Assembly (NCBI GenBank): GCA_963701725.1
Contig: CAVPAZ010000024.1
Span: forward strand, 47,580-111,579
Length of the DNA stretch: 64,000 nucleotides
Origin: an uncultured bacterium
GTDB taxonomy: Bacteria > Pseudomonadota > Gammaproteobacteria > Burkholderiales > Burkholderiaceae_C
Direction of reading: 5' to 3'
Shown: positions 22,229 to 31,794 of the stretch, one piece after another
Layout of the letters: each line of letters starts with the position of its first letter
How positions within the stretch are numbered: position 1 is the stretch's first letter
The notes under the pieces: model-generated
Seen by the model: only the letters and a program-made list of their open reading frames with translations
Databases searched by the model: none
Told to the model about the DNA's origin: nothing
Position numbers and translations under genes: made by a program

Positions 22229-22896
22229 GCCCACGCTGAGTGCGCGCCAGTTCGACCTGATCGTGTTCGACTGGGACGGCACGCTGTTCGATTCCACCGC
22301 GCTGATCGCGCGCTGCATCCAGGCTGCCTGTGTCGACCTGGGCGTGCCGAGGCCGAGCGACCGCGACGCGAGCTACGTGATCGGCATGGGCGTGCCGGAA
22401 GCGTTGCAACACGCAGCGCCTGACTTGCCGCCGGAGCGCTACCGCGAGCTCGGTCTGCGCTACCGCGACCACTACCTGGCGCGCCAACACGAACTCCTTC
22501 TCTTCGACGGCATCCTGGCGATGTTGCAGGCACTGAAGGAGCGCAGGCACCTGTTGGCCGTCGCGACCGGCAAGTCTCGTCGCGGGCTCGACGACGTGCT
22601 CGCCACGGTGCGCCTGCGCGGGCTTGTTCGATGCCACCCGCACGGCCGACGAGACGGCCTCGAAGCCGCACCCGCAGATGCTGCTCGAGCTGATGAGCCA
22701 GCTCGGCGCCGAGCCCGATCGGACACTGATGATCGGCGACACGACGCACGACCTGCAACTCGCTGCCAACGCCGGAGCGGCGAGCGTGGCGGTGAGCTAC
22801 GGCGCGCACGAGTCGGCGGCGCTTGCCGGCCTCTCGCCGCGCCACGTGGCGCACAGCGTGGCTGAGCTGCAGGCTTGGCTGTTCGAGCATGCGTGA
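22221..22896 (+). pseudogene. HAD-family phosphatase (phosphoglycolate phosphatase-like), with a single frame break near 22,625
   Basis: Motif I is DLIVFDWDGTLFDS (ORF 22221..). The C-terminal half FDATRTADETASKPHPQML...MIGDTTHDLQ is ORF 22624..22896. Confidence 0.8.
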
Positions 22897-23302
22897 GCCC
22901 GGCGCGGACGCTCCGCTGCGGCTCTGCGCCAGCGCCGACCTCTCCGAAAAGGGGACGGCGCTCGTGTTCGACGTGCTGCAGCGGCGCGAACCGGCGCGCG
23001 CCTTCGCGCTGCGCTTCGAGGGGCACGCGGTGGCTTACCTCAACCGCTGTGTGCACATGCCGGCGGAGCTGGACTGGCAGCCCGGCGAGTTTCTCGACAG
23101 CCGGCAGGAATTCCTTCTCTGCGCCAGCCACGGTGCGGCCTACGAGCCGCTCAGCGGCCGCTGTGTCGGCGGTCCCTGCGGCGGCGGCAGCCTGACGGCC
23201 TTGCGCGTCGAGGAACGCGACGGTCACGTGTATTGGTATCCTTCCCGCGATATCCGGCCCGCCTGCGCAGACGCGCCGAACGCCCACGAAAGCTCCGCAT
23301 GA
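22889..23302 (+). CDS. Rieske (2Fe-2S) domain protein
   Basis: CVHMP...CASHGAAY (CxH...CxxH), with ATG 22889 in the frame of ORF 22823..23302. Confidence 0.8.
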   Translation: MREPGADAPLRLCASADLSEKGTALVFDVLQRREPARAFALRFEGHAVAYLNRCVHMPAELDWQPGEFLDSRQEFLLCASHGAAYEPLSGRCVGGPCGGGSLTALRVEERDGHVYWYPSRDIRPACADAPNAHESSA

Positions 23303-24306
23303 ACCCGCCCGACAGCCTGCAAGACGATCTTCGACAACCCCGCCCAGCGGGCCCTGCGGCCGGAAGCGCCGCGGTGCCGGCGGGCGGCGGCTGGAACGCG
23401 GTGGCCGAGCAGTTCGCTCGCGATTACCTGAAGGACCGCCGCAGCGAGCGCCGCTGGCGGGTGTTCTTCCGCCTGGCCTGGCTCATGCTCTTCGTGCTGC
23501 TGGCCTGGGCCCTGTACGCACAGCGCTACTACGCCGCCGTGCCGACGGGTCCGCACACGGCGTTGATCGAAGTGCGCGGCGAGATCGACGCCGGCTCCGA
23601 AGCGAGCGCCGAGAACCTGGTGGCGGCGCTGAAGAACGCCTTCGAGGACGACGGTGCGAAGGCCGTCGTGCTGCGCATCAACTCGCCCGGCGGCAGCCCG
23701 GTGCAGGCCGGCATCGTCAACGACGAGATCCGCCGCCTGAAGGCGCTGCACGGCAAGAAGGTCTACGCGGTCGTCGAAGATACCTGCGCTTCGGGCGCGT
23801 ACTACATTGCCGTGGCAGCCGACGAGATCTATGCCGACAAGGCGTCGATCGTCGGCTCGATCGGCGTGCTGATGGACGGCTTCGGTTTCGTCGGCACGAT
23901 GGAGAAGTTCGGTGTCGAGCGCCGCCTGCTCACCGCGGGCGACAACAAGGGCATGCTCGACCCGTTCTCGCCGCAGTCCGAGAAGCAGCGCGCCTTCGCG
24001 CAGGCGATGATCGACCAGGTTCACCAGCAGTTCATCGCGGTCGTCAAGCAAGGCCGTGGCAAGCGCCTGAAGGAGACGCCGGAGACCTTCTCCGGCCTGT
24101 TCTGGAACGGCCAGCAGGCGGTGCAGAACGGCCTCGTCGACCATCTCGGCAACCTCGACTTCGTGGCGCGCGAAGTCGTCAAGGCGGAGACCGTCGTCGA
24201 CTACACCCCGCATGAGAACCTTGCCGAGCGGCTGGCCAGGAGGTTCGGGGCGTCGATCGGCGCTGGAGCGGTCGGGGCGCTGCGTGCCTTGAGCCCGATG
24301 CGCTGA
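23299..24306 (+). CDS. sppA: Signal peptide peptidase SppA (36K type)
   Basis: VVLRINSPGGSPVQAG...CASGAYYIAVAADEIYA...IVGSIGV. ATGA overlap with the Rieske gene. Confidence 0.88.
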   Translation: MNPPDSLQDDLRQPRPAGPAAGSAAVPAGGGWNAVAEQFARDYLKDRRSERRWRVFFRLAWLMLFVLLAWALYAQRYYAAVPTGPHTALIEVRGEIDAGSEASAENLVAALKNAFEDDGAKAVVLRINSPGGSPVQAGIVNDEIRRLKALHGKKVYAVVEDTCASGAYYIAVAADEIYADKASIVGSIGVLMDGFGFVGTMEKFGVERRLLTAGDNKGMLDPFSPQSEKQRAFAQAMIDQVHQQFIAVVKQGRGKRLKETPETFSGLFWNGQQAVQNGLVDHLGNLDFVAREVVKAETVVDYTPHENLAERLARRFGASIGAGAVGALRALSPMR

Positions 24307-24329
24307 TCGCGCCCGGGGACCGCTGTTGC

Positions 24330-24974
24330 TCAGGCGGCGAGCAAGCCGCGCGTCTCTATGAAGGCGATCACCTCGGCCAGTCCGGTGAGCGTCTTCAGGT
24401 TGGTCATCACGAACGGCTTCGTGCCGCGCATGCGCAACGTGTCGGTCTTCATCACGCCGAGGTCGGCGCCGACGTAGGGCGCCAGATCGGTCTTGTTGAT
24501 CACGAACAAGTCGCTCTTGGTGATGCCGGGGCCGCCCTTGCGTGGGATCTTCTCGCCGGCCGCGACGTCGATCACGTAGATCGTCAGGTCCGAGAGCTCC
24601 GGGCTGAAGGTGGCCGCCAGGTTGTCGCCGCCCGACTCGATGAACACGATGTCGGCGTCGGGAAACTTCTCGAGCATGCGGTCCACCGCCTCGAGGTTGA
24701 TCGACGCGTCCTCGCGGATCGCCGTGTGCGGGCATCCGCCGGTCTCGACACCCATGATGCGCTCGGCGTCCAGCGCCCCGGCGACGGTCAGCAGGCGCTG
24801 GTCTTCCTTGGTGTAGATGTCGTTGGTGACGACGACCAGGTCATAGCGGTCGCGCAGCGCCTTGCACAGCATCTCGACCAGCGTCGTCTTGCCCGAGCCG
24901 ACCGGGCCGCCGACGCCGACCCGCAGCGGTGGCAGCTTCTTGCGGCGGCCGGGAATGTGGTGAAGCACAGTCAT
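24330..24974 (-). CDS. ureG: Urease accessory GTPase UreG
   Basis: [16 protein letters not shown]...CPHTAIRED...ESGGDNL...NKTDLAP. Confidence 0.96.
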   Translation of the reverse strand: MTVLHHIPGRRKKLPPLRVGVGGPVGSGKTTLVEMLCKALRDRYDLVVVTNDIYTKEDQRLLTVAGALDAERIMGVETGGCPHTAIREDASINLEAVDRMLEKFPDADIVFIESGGDNLAATFSPELSDLTIYVIDVAAGEKIPRKGGPGITKSDLFVINKTDLAPYVGADLGVMKTDTLRMRGTKPFVMTNLKTLTGLAEVIAFIETRGLLAA

Positions 24975-25043
24975 GGGGCGTCTTCTTTCGATTCGTTCGG
25001 ATCGGCGCAGGCCCTGGCCGGCGGGCGCTGCGCGTGACGGCCT

Positions 25044-25775
25044 TCAGGAGCGGAACAGCCGCGAGTACTGCAGCTCGTGCTGCGCCGACCCGATGGCGAG
25101 CATCGGCGTGCACACCTGCAGATCGCTGTCCGCCAGGCTCAGTGCGTGTGCTACGGCTGCCGGAATGCCTGCCGCCAGACGTGCCAGCATCCGCTGTGCC
25201 GCGCCCTGACCGAGCGGCACGGCCTTCATCGCCGCCTGCACCATGTTCTCGGCCCAGCCGAAGGCGAACGACAGCAGCGCGTCGCGCACGGTCGCGCCGG
25301 TCTGCGCCGCGGCGAGCGCGAACGCCACGGGCCAGGTCGGGGCCGGGTGCAGCGCCGCCAGCATGGCGATGCGCGGATCGCCGGCGTTCGCGCCGCTGCC
25401 GCCATTGCGCAGCCAGGCGACCAGAGAGCGTCCCATCTGCTCGCTCTGCTGGCGCAGCTCGGTCGACTCGCGCGTCTGGCGCAGCCAGTCGTTCAATGCC
25501 GAAATGCGTTCGAGGTCGGCCTGCCGCCATGCGGCGAACGCCCTTGCCGCAACGGCCATGTCGGCGCGCGCCAGGCCAAGGTGCAATTGGTCGACGAGCC
25601 AGTCACCGGCATCGGCCTCGCTCGTCACGCGGCGGGCCTCGACGGCCGACTCCAGCCCTTCGGAGTAGCTGAACGCGCCCACGGGCAGCGCCGGCGAGGC
25701 GAGCCACATCATCTCAAGCAGCGTGCGGGCCGTGGCAGCGTCGTCGATCATCGCTGCGGTTTCAGCGGCTCGCAC
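25044..25775 (-). CDS. ureF: Urease accessory protein UreF
   Basis: [24 protein letters not shown]. Position between ureE and ureG. Confidence 0.9.
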   Translation of the reverse strand: MRAAETAAMIDDAATARTLLEMMWLASPALPVGAFSYSEGLESAVEARRVTSEADAGDWLVDQLHLGLARADMAVAARAFAAWRQADLERISALNDWLRQTRESTELRQQSEQMGRSLVAWLRNGGSGANAGDPRIAMLAALHPAPTWPVAFALAAAQTGATVRDALLSFAFGWAENMVQAAMKAVPLGQGAAQRMLARLAAGIPAAVAHALSLADSDLQVCTPMLAIGSAQHELQYSRLFRS

Positions 25776-25814
25776 CAGACCGAAGCGCGAGTGAAATCGC
25801 GCAGCGCCGGTGTC

Positions 25815-26381
25815 TCAGGGGTGATCGTGTTTGCAGTCGGGGCCATGAACGTGCCCGTGCCCGTGGCCGTGATCGTGGCCGTGCGACCTGGCGGGTACCG
25901 CCCGCACCGCTTCGTGGCCGTGCCCGGCATGGCTAGCATAGGCCCCGCCTTCGGGCTCGAACGGCGCCAGCGCGTCGTTCACGGCGAGCTGCATCTGGCG
26001 CAGCATGTCGGCGAGCACGGGGTCGGGCTCCAGTTGCAGGCGGTCGGGCTGCAGTTCCAGCGGCACGTGCCGGTTGCCAAGGTGATATGCGGCGCGCAGC
26101 AGGTCGAACGGCGAGCCGTGATCGCCAACGCGCACCAACATCACCGGCTGCGGCGTGGCGATCACCTTGACGAGCGAACCGTCCTCGGCCACCAGCGCGT
26201 CGCCGCCGCGCACCACGCTGCCGCGCGGGAGGAACACGCCCAGCGTTCGGCCCTGCGAATCCTCGGCGTCGAAGCGGCTCTTCTGGCGCGTGTCCCAGTC
26301 GAGCTCGATCGTCGCGGCGCGCCTGAGCAGCGCGGGCGCAAGGCCGTGGGCCTGGGCGAGGAGCTTGTTGACGATCAGCAT
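25815..26381 (-). CDS. ureE: Urease accessory protein UreE (His-rich tail)
   Basis: MLIVNKLL...LLRAAYHLGNRHVPLEL, with the C-terminus HGHDHGHGHGHVHG. The start was chosen at 26381 inside ORF 25815..26423. Confidence 0.9.
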   Translation of the reverse strand: MLIVNKLLAQAHGLAPALLRRAATIELDWDTRQKSRFDAEDSQGRTLGVFLPRGSVVRGGDALVAEDGSLVKVIATPQPVMLVRVGDHGSPFDLLRAAYHLGNRHVPLELQPDRLQLEPDPVLADMLRQMQLAVNDALAPFEPEGGAYASHAGHGHEAVRAVPARSHGHDHGHGHGHVHGPDCKHDHP

Positions 26382-26427
26382 GGGGGGCTTCCGATGGCTG
26401 GGAGATCTGCGGGCCGCGTGCATTGTC

Positions 26428-27405
26428 TCAGGGAGGCGCCGCAGCGTTGCCGGCGGTCTTCGCCGGAGCGGGCGCGCCAGGGCCCGCCTGCAGGCTGGCC
26501 GCCACGTCTCGCCACACCGTCTGGTAGCGTTGCTCGAATTCCCGGTGCAGGCCGCTGTGCGAACCGCCCTCGAACATCTCGAGGCGCTTCACGCCGCTGG
26601 CCGCGTCGTAAAGCTGTCGTGTCTGCTGCGACGGCACCGTCTTGTCCGCGGTGCCGCTCAGGAACCACTTCGGCGCTTTGATGCTGCCGATCTTCTCGAT
26701 CGACGCGAACTGCTGCGTCACCAGTGGCGCCAGCACGACGCCGATGGCGCCATAGTCGCGCACCATTTCGGGCATCGAGGTCATGCCCGACTCGACGACC
26801 AGCGCGCCATAGGCGAGCGGCTCGCGATGCCGGAGCGCCAGTTCCACGGCCACTCCGCTGCCCATCGAATGCCCGAAAATCACGCGAGAATCCGGCCTTG
26901 GCGCGCGGCGCGTCAGTTCGGTCCACGCCACCTCGGCATCTTCCATGATGCTCTGCTCCGAGGGCAGCAGGCTCGTGCTTTCGCCCCAGCCGCGGTAGTC
27001 GACCGCCAGCACCGAGAGGCCGGCCGCGTGGATGGCGGCGATCTTCGGTCGGTTCTGAAAGATGTTGCGAAAGGTGCCATGCAGGTACAACACGATGGGT
27101 GCGGCCGGGTCGTCGGCCGGAATCCACAGCGCGCGCAGGCGTTGCGCCGCGGCGCCGGGTGGCGCATCGGCCGGTGCGTCGGCCGGTGCGTCGGCCAAAG
27201 CGGGCGGCATCTCCAGCCAAAGCGCTTCGTCCCGCCCGGTGATCGGCTTCCAATCGGCCATCGTGCCTGGCGCGGGCCGATAGCCCTTGGCGCGTTGCTG
27301 GGTATCGATCCAAGCGCAGCCCGCTGATGCCGCAACGCTCCACGCAACGACGGCTGCCGCCAGCCAGGCCGTTGCCCTCCCGATCAACCTCGATCCGCTG
27401 CCCAT
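26428..27405 (-). CDS. Alpha/beta-hydrolase lipoprotein
   Basis: Lipobox AASAGC, HG oxyanion YLHGT, nucleophile elbow GHSMGSG, and an ADAPADAPADAP linker repeat. Lies 46 nt upstream of ureE on the same strand. Confidence 0.75.
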   Translation of the reverse strand: MGSGSRLIGRATAWLAAAVVAWSVAASAGCAWIDTQQRAKGYRPAPGTMADWKPITGRDEALWLEMPPALADAPADAPADAPPGAAAQRLRALWIPADDPAAPIVLYLHGTFRNIFQNRPKIAAIHAAGLSVLAVDYRGWGESTSLLPSEQSIMEDAEVAWTELTRRAPRPDSRVIFGHSMGSGVAVELALRHREPLAYGALVVESGMTSMPEMVRDYGAIGVVLAPLVTQQFASIEKIGSIKAPKWFLSGTADKTVPSQQTRQLYDAASGVKRLEMFEGGSHSGLHREFEQRYQTVWRDVAASLQAGPGAPAPAKTAGNAAAPP

Positions 27406-27916
27406 GACTTCTTCATCGATGCTTCACCGTTTCAGATCCACTTTCGCCGCGCTGCTCGCCGCCGCCTGCGGGCAGAGCGCCCTGGCGCAGACCGATTCCT
27501 TCGACGGGTGGGAGCTGAGCCTCAGCCCCTACACGATCCACTTCCATCCCAGCGACGAACACAAGCCCGTGGTCCAGGTCGGGCTGATGAAGGGTCTGGA
27601 AGACCGCTGGCTCGCCGGCGGCGCCGTGTTCTCGAACTCGTTCGGCCAGCCCAGTGCCTATGTCTTCGGCGGCCAGCGCTACGTCAATCCATTCGGTTGG
27701 GAGAAATGGTACCTGCAGTGGACGGCAGGCATCCTGTACGGCTATGTCGGTCAGTACAAGGACAAGGTGCCGTTCAACTACAAGGGCTTCTCGCCCGGGC
27801 TCGTGCCGAGCATCGGCTACCAGTTCACCGACCGCATCTACGGCGAGCTCGACCTGCTCGGCAATTCCGCGCTGATGTTCACGGTCGTGTTTCCGATTCC
27901 CAAGGGCGGGTTCTGA
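27404..27916 (+). CDS. Small outer-membrane beta-barrel protein (PagP-like architecture)
   Basis: Signal peptide ending SALAQ, alternating aromatic/hydrophobic strands and a C-terminal F. The resemblance to PagP is from memory only. Confidence 0.5.
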   Translation: MTSSSMLHRFRSTFAALLAAACGQSALAQTDSFDGWELSLSPYTIHFHPSDEHKPVVQVGLMKGLEDRWLAGGAVFSNSFGQPSAYVFGGQRYVNPFGWEKWYLQWTAGILYGYVGQYKDKVPFNYKGFSPGLVPSIGYQFTDRIYGELDLLGNSALMFTVVFPIPKGGF

Positions 27917-27934
27917 CGGGGGGAAGGTCGGGTC

Positions 27935-29015
27935 TCAATGGCTGGCCTCGAACTCACGCATGTACGCCACTAGCGCCTCGACGCCCTCGACAGGCATCGC
28001 GTTGTAGATCGACGCGCGCATGCCGCCCACCACGCGGTGGCCCTTGAGCTGCACCATGCCGCGCGCCTGCGCACCCTTCAGGAAAGCGTCGTCGAGCGTC
28101 GCTTCCTTCAAGAAGAACGGCACGTTCATCAGCGAGCGGTCTGCACGCGCGACCGGGTTCGAATAGAACGCGGTGGAGTCGAGGTAATCGTAGAGCAGCG
28201 CCGCCTTCACGCGGTTGCGCGCCTCCATCGCGCTCAACCCTCCCTGCGCCTTGATCCAGCGGAACACCAAGCCTGCGATGTAGATCGAGTAGGTGGCCGG
28301 CGTGTTGAACATCGAGTCGTTGTCGGCCTGCTGCTTGTAGTCGAAGGCCGACGGCGTGATAGCCAGCGCCTTGCCGAGCAGGTCGTCGCGCACGATCACG
28401 ATCGTCGCGCCGGCCGGGCCGATGTTCTTCTGCGCACCGCCGTAGATCAGGCCGTAAGCGGCTGACGTCCACCGGGCGCGACATGATGTTGCTCGACATG
28501 TCGGCCACCAGCGGCACGCTGCCGGTGTCGGGCGTCCAGTGGTACTCGACGCCGCCGATCGTCTCGTTCGAGCAGATGTGCACGTAGGCGGCGTTCGGGT
28601 CGAGCTTCCATTCGGCCTGCCTGGGCACGCAGGTGAAGTTGCTCGCTTCGGCGCTGGCGACGACGTTGACCGTGCAGTACTTGCCCGCTTCCTGGATCGA
28701 CTTCTTCGACCACTCGCCGGTGTTCACGTAGTCGGCGCTCGTGTGCCCGCGCAGCAGGTTCATCGGCACGATCGCGTTCTCGCCGATCGCGCCGCCCTGC
28801 AGGAACAGCACCTTGTAGTTGGCCGGCACGGCCAGCAGCTCGCGCAGCAGGCTCTCGGCCTCGGCGTGGATGGCGATGAACTCCTTGCCGCGGTGGCTCA
28901 TCTCCATCACCGACATGCCCGAGCCGTGCCAGTCGAGCATCTCGTCGGCGGCCTGGCGCAGCACCGGTTCGGGCAGCGTGGCGGGGCCGGCACTGAAGTT
29001 GAAGACGCGGGTCAT
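27935..29015 (-). pseudogene. serC: Phosphoserine aminotransferase SerC, with a single frame break near 28,458
   Basis: The N-terminal part [19 protein letters not shown]...MSHRGKEF...[15 protein letters not shown] is in ORF 27954..29075. The C-terminal part ...IVRDDLLG...MNVPFFL...[12 protein letters not shown] is in ORF 27935..28399. Confidence 0.9.
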
Positions 29016-29088
29016 CGGGGATCTCCGTCGGTTAGCGGGAAGCATACCGCGCGTCCGCCGGGGTTCCTTCGGCACACAGCGGTGGGCG

Positions 29089-31794
29089 TCAGCGCCACCC
29101 GTGGCGCGCGCTGTAGCGGTGCTTCATCCACTGCACAGCCAGGCCGTAGGCGAGCAGCATCGCCGCGAGCCAGCCGAAGTAGGTCAGCGGCAGCGCCTGC
29201 AGGCGCAACGCCGGCGCCAGGGCGCTGGCAGGCAGCAGCAGTCCGGCCGCGACGACCACCATGCTCGTCACCATCAACGGCGCCGCGGCCCGGCTGTCGA
29301 TGAACGGCCGGCCGCGGGTGCGGATCATGTGTACCACCAGCGTCTGCGAGAGCAGCCCCTCGACGAACCAGCCGCTCTGGAACATCGTCTGCGTCGCGAG
29401 TGTCTGGGCGTGGAAAACGGTCCACATCAGCACGAAGGTCAGCACGTCGAACAGCGAGCTCACCGGTCCGAAGCTCAGCATGAAGCGCAGCAACTCCTGC
29501 GGTGCCCAGTGCTGTGGCGACTGCAGCGCCTCGTCGTCGACGTTGTCGAACGGGATTGCCGTCTGCGACAGGTCGTACAGCAGGTTCTGCACCAGCAGGT
29601 GGATCGGCAGCATCGGCAGGAAGGGCAGGAAGGCGCTCGCCACCAGCACCGACAGCACGTTGCCGAAGTTCGAGCTCGCCGTCATGCGGATGTACTTGAG
29701 CATGTTGACGAAGGTGCGCCGACCCTCGATCACGCCCTGCTCGAGCACGGCAAGGCTCTTTTCGAGCAGCACGATGTCGGCCGCCTCCTTGGCGATGTCC
29801 ACCGCCGACTCGACCGAGATGCCGACGTCGGCAGCGTGCAGCGCTGCGGCGTCGTTGATGCCGTCGCCCATGAACCCGGTCACGTGACCGCTGGCGCGCA
29901 GCGCTCGAACGATGCGCTCCTTGTGCAGCGGGTTCAGCTTGGCGAACAGGTTCGCCGATTCGACAGCCAGCGCCAGCTCGGCATCCGTCATCCGCTCGAT
30001 GTCGCTGCCGCGCAGCACGCCGGTGATGGCGAGGCCCACATCGCCGCAGATCTTGCGGGTCACGAACTCGTTGTCGCCGGTCAGCACCTTGGTCGCAACG
30101 CCGCGCGCGGCTAGCGCCTGCAAAGCGGGTCCGGCCGACTCCTTCGGCGGATCGAGGAAGGCGATGTAGCCGACCAGCGTCATGTCGCGCTCGTCGGCGA
30201 CGCGGTAGGTGGCTTGCAGCGGTGGCAGTTCGCGCAGCGCCACCGCGACGACGCGAAAGCCGTCCTGGTTCAGGCCCTCGGTCATGCGCGCCTGCTGCCC
30301 GCGCAGCGAATCGGTCAGCGCCTGCACGCCGGCGCCGCGTCGAACCTGCGAGCAGGCGGCCAGCACCTCCTCGACCGCACCCTTGCAGATCAGCAGGTGG
30401 CGATCGTCGCGCTCGCTCATCACCACCGACATGCGGCGGCGCTCGAAGTCGAACGGCAGTTCGTCGATCTTGCGGAAGTTCTCGGCCACGCCGAGCTTCA
30501 GGTGCAATTCGGCGTGTTCGAGCACGGCCAGGTCGAGCAGATTGCGCAGCCCGGTTTGGTAGTGGCTGTTCAGCCATGCGTACTCGAGCACCTCCGGCGA
30601 GTCGGCGCCGTCGACGTCGAGGTGGCGCTTGAGGACCACGCGGTCCTGCGTCAGCGTGCCGGTCTTGTCGGTGCACAGCAGGTCCATCGCACCGAAGTTC
30701 TGGATCGCGTCGAGCCTCTTGACGATCACCTTCTTTCGCGCCAGCGTCACGGCGCCACGGGCCAGCGTCGAGGTCACGATCATCGGCAGCATCTCCGGCG
30801 TCAGGCCGACTGCAATCGACAGCGCGAACAGCAGCGCCTGCAGCCAGTCGCCCTTGGTGAAACCGTTGATCAGGAACACCACCGGCACCATCACCAGCAT
30901 GAAGCGGATCAGCAGCCAGCTCACGCGGTTGATGCCGGTCTGGAATGCGGTGGGCGTGGCTTCGATATGCGTCGCGTGCTCGGCCAACGTGCCGAAGTAC
31001 GTGCCCCGGCCGGTGCCGATCACGAGCGCCGTCGCCGAGCCGCTGACCACGTGCGTGCCCATGAAGCACAGGTTGGCTGCAGCGAGTGGGTCGTCGAGCG
31101 TGACGGCGGGAAGCTCGCCGGACTTCTCCACCGGCAGCGATTCGCCCGTCATCGCCGACTGGTTCGTGAACAGGTCCCTCGCCACCAGCAGGCGCAGGTC
31201 GGCCGGGATCATGTCGCCGGCGGCCAGGCGCAGCACGTCGCCGGGCACCAGTTGCTCGACGGGCAGCTCGGCCTCGTGCGGCGCGCCGCCGTGAGCCCGC
31301 CGCAGCACGGTCGCCTTGTTGCCCACGCGCCCGCGAAGCGCATCTGCGGCGCGCTGCGAGCGCGCCTCCTGCACGAAGCGCATCAGTGTCGACAGCGCCA
31401 CCATCGCCAGGATCACCGTGGCCGCGTGCAGGTCCTGGGTCAGCCCGGAAACCGCAGCGAGCAAGCTGAGCAGCAGGTTGAACGGGTTGCGGTAGCAGTG
31501 CCACAGGTGCAGTGGCCAGGCGACCTGTTCCTCGCGCGCAATTTCGTTGGCGCCGCTGCGGCGCCGGATCGCCCCTGCCTGGCTGGCGCTCAACCCGTCG
31601 ACGTTGCTATGCAGCCGGTGCAGCAACGCTGCAGTGTCGGCCCGGGCCGACTCGAGGAGCCTCGCCGACAAGTCGCCGGGCAGCGGCTGGCCCCAATGCC
31701 GGCCGCGCAGCATCTCGGGTACCGCCGAGCGCTGGAACAGCCGGCGCAGGGCCTTGCGCCCCCGATGAGGCGCGAGGTTCAGCTGCTGTAGCAC
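29089..31794 (-). CDS. mgtA: Magnesium-translocating P-type ATPase
   Basis: Intact 901-aa ORF with [23 protein letters not shown] and [11 protein letters not shown]. Confidence 0.93.
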   Translation of the reverse strand: MLQQLNLAPHRGRKALRRLFQRSAVPEMLRGRHWGQPLPGDLSARLLESARADTAALLHRLHSNVDGLSASQAGAIRRRSGANEIAREEQVAWPLHLWHCYRNPFNLLLSLLAAVSGLTQDLHAATVILAMVALSTLMRFVQEARSQRAADALRGRVGNKATVLRRAHGGAPHEAELPVEQLVPGDVLRLAAGDMIPADLRLLVARDLFTNQSAMTGESLPVEKSGELPAVTLDDPLAAANLCFMGTHVVSGSATALVIGTGRGTYFGTLAEHATHIEATPTAFQTGINRVSWLLIRFMLVMVPVVFLINGFTKGDWLQALLFALSIAVGLTPEMLPMIVTSTLARGAVTLARKKVIVKRLDAIQNFGAMDLLCTDKTGTLTQDRVVLKRHLDVDGADSPEVLEYAWLNSHYQTGLRNLLDLAVLEHAELHLKLGVAENFRKIDELPFDFERRRMSVVMSERDDRHLLICKGAVEEVLAACSQVRRGAGVQALTDSLRGQQARMTEGLNQDGFRVVAVALRELPPLQATYRVADERDMTLVGYIAFLDPPKESAGPALQALAARGVATKVLTGDNEFVTRKICGDVGLAITGVLRGSDIERMTDAELALAVESANLFAKLNPLHKERIVRALRASGHVTGFMGDGINDAAALHAADVGISVESAVDIAKEAADIVLLEKSLAVLEQGVIEGRRTFVNMLKYIRMTASSNFGNVLSVLVASAFLPFLPMLPIHLLVQNLLYDLSQTAIPFDNVDDEALQSPQHWAPQELLRFMLSFGPVSSLFDVLTFVLMWTVFHAQTLATQTMFQSGWFVEGLLSQTLVVHMIRTRGRPFIDSRAAAPLMVTSMVVVAAGLLLPASALAPALRLQALPLTYFGWLAAMLLAYGLAVQWMKHRYSARHGWR

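Noticed and set aside
25077-26681. 534-aa plus-strand ORF across ureF/ureE
   Set aside because: It is antisense to intact urease accessory genes and has no motifs.
29012-31791. 830-aa minus-strand and 525-aa plus-strand ORFs (29012..31504, 30214..31791) overlapping mgtA
   Set aside because: They are out of frame with or antisense to an intact P-type ATPase that carries all signature motifs. Their translations are Arg/Pro/Ala-rich and domain-free.
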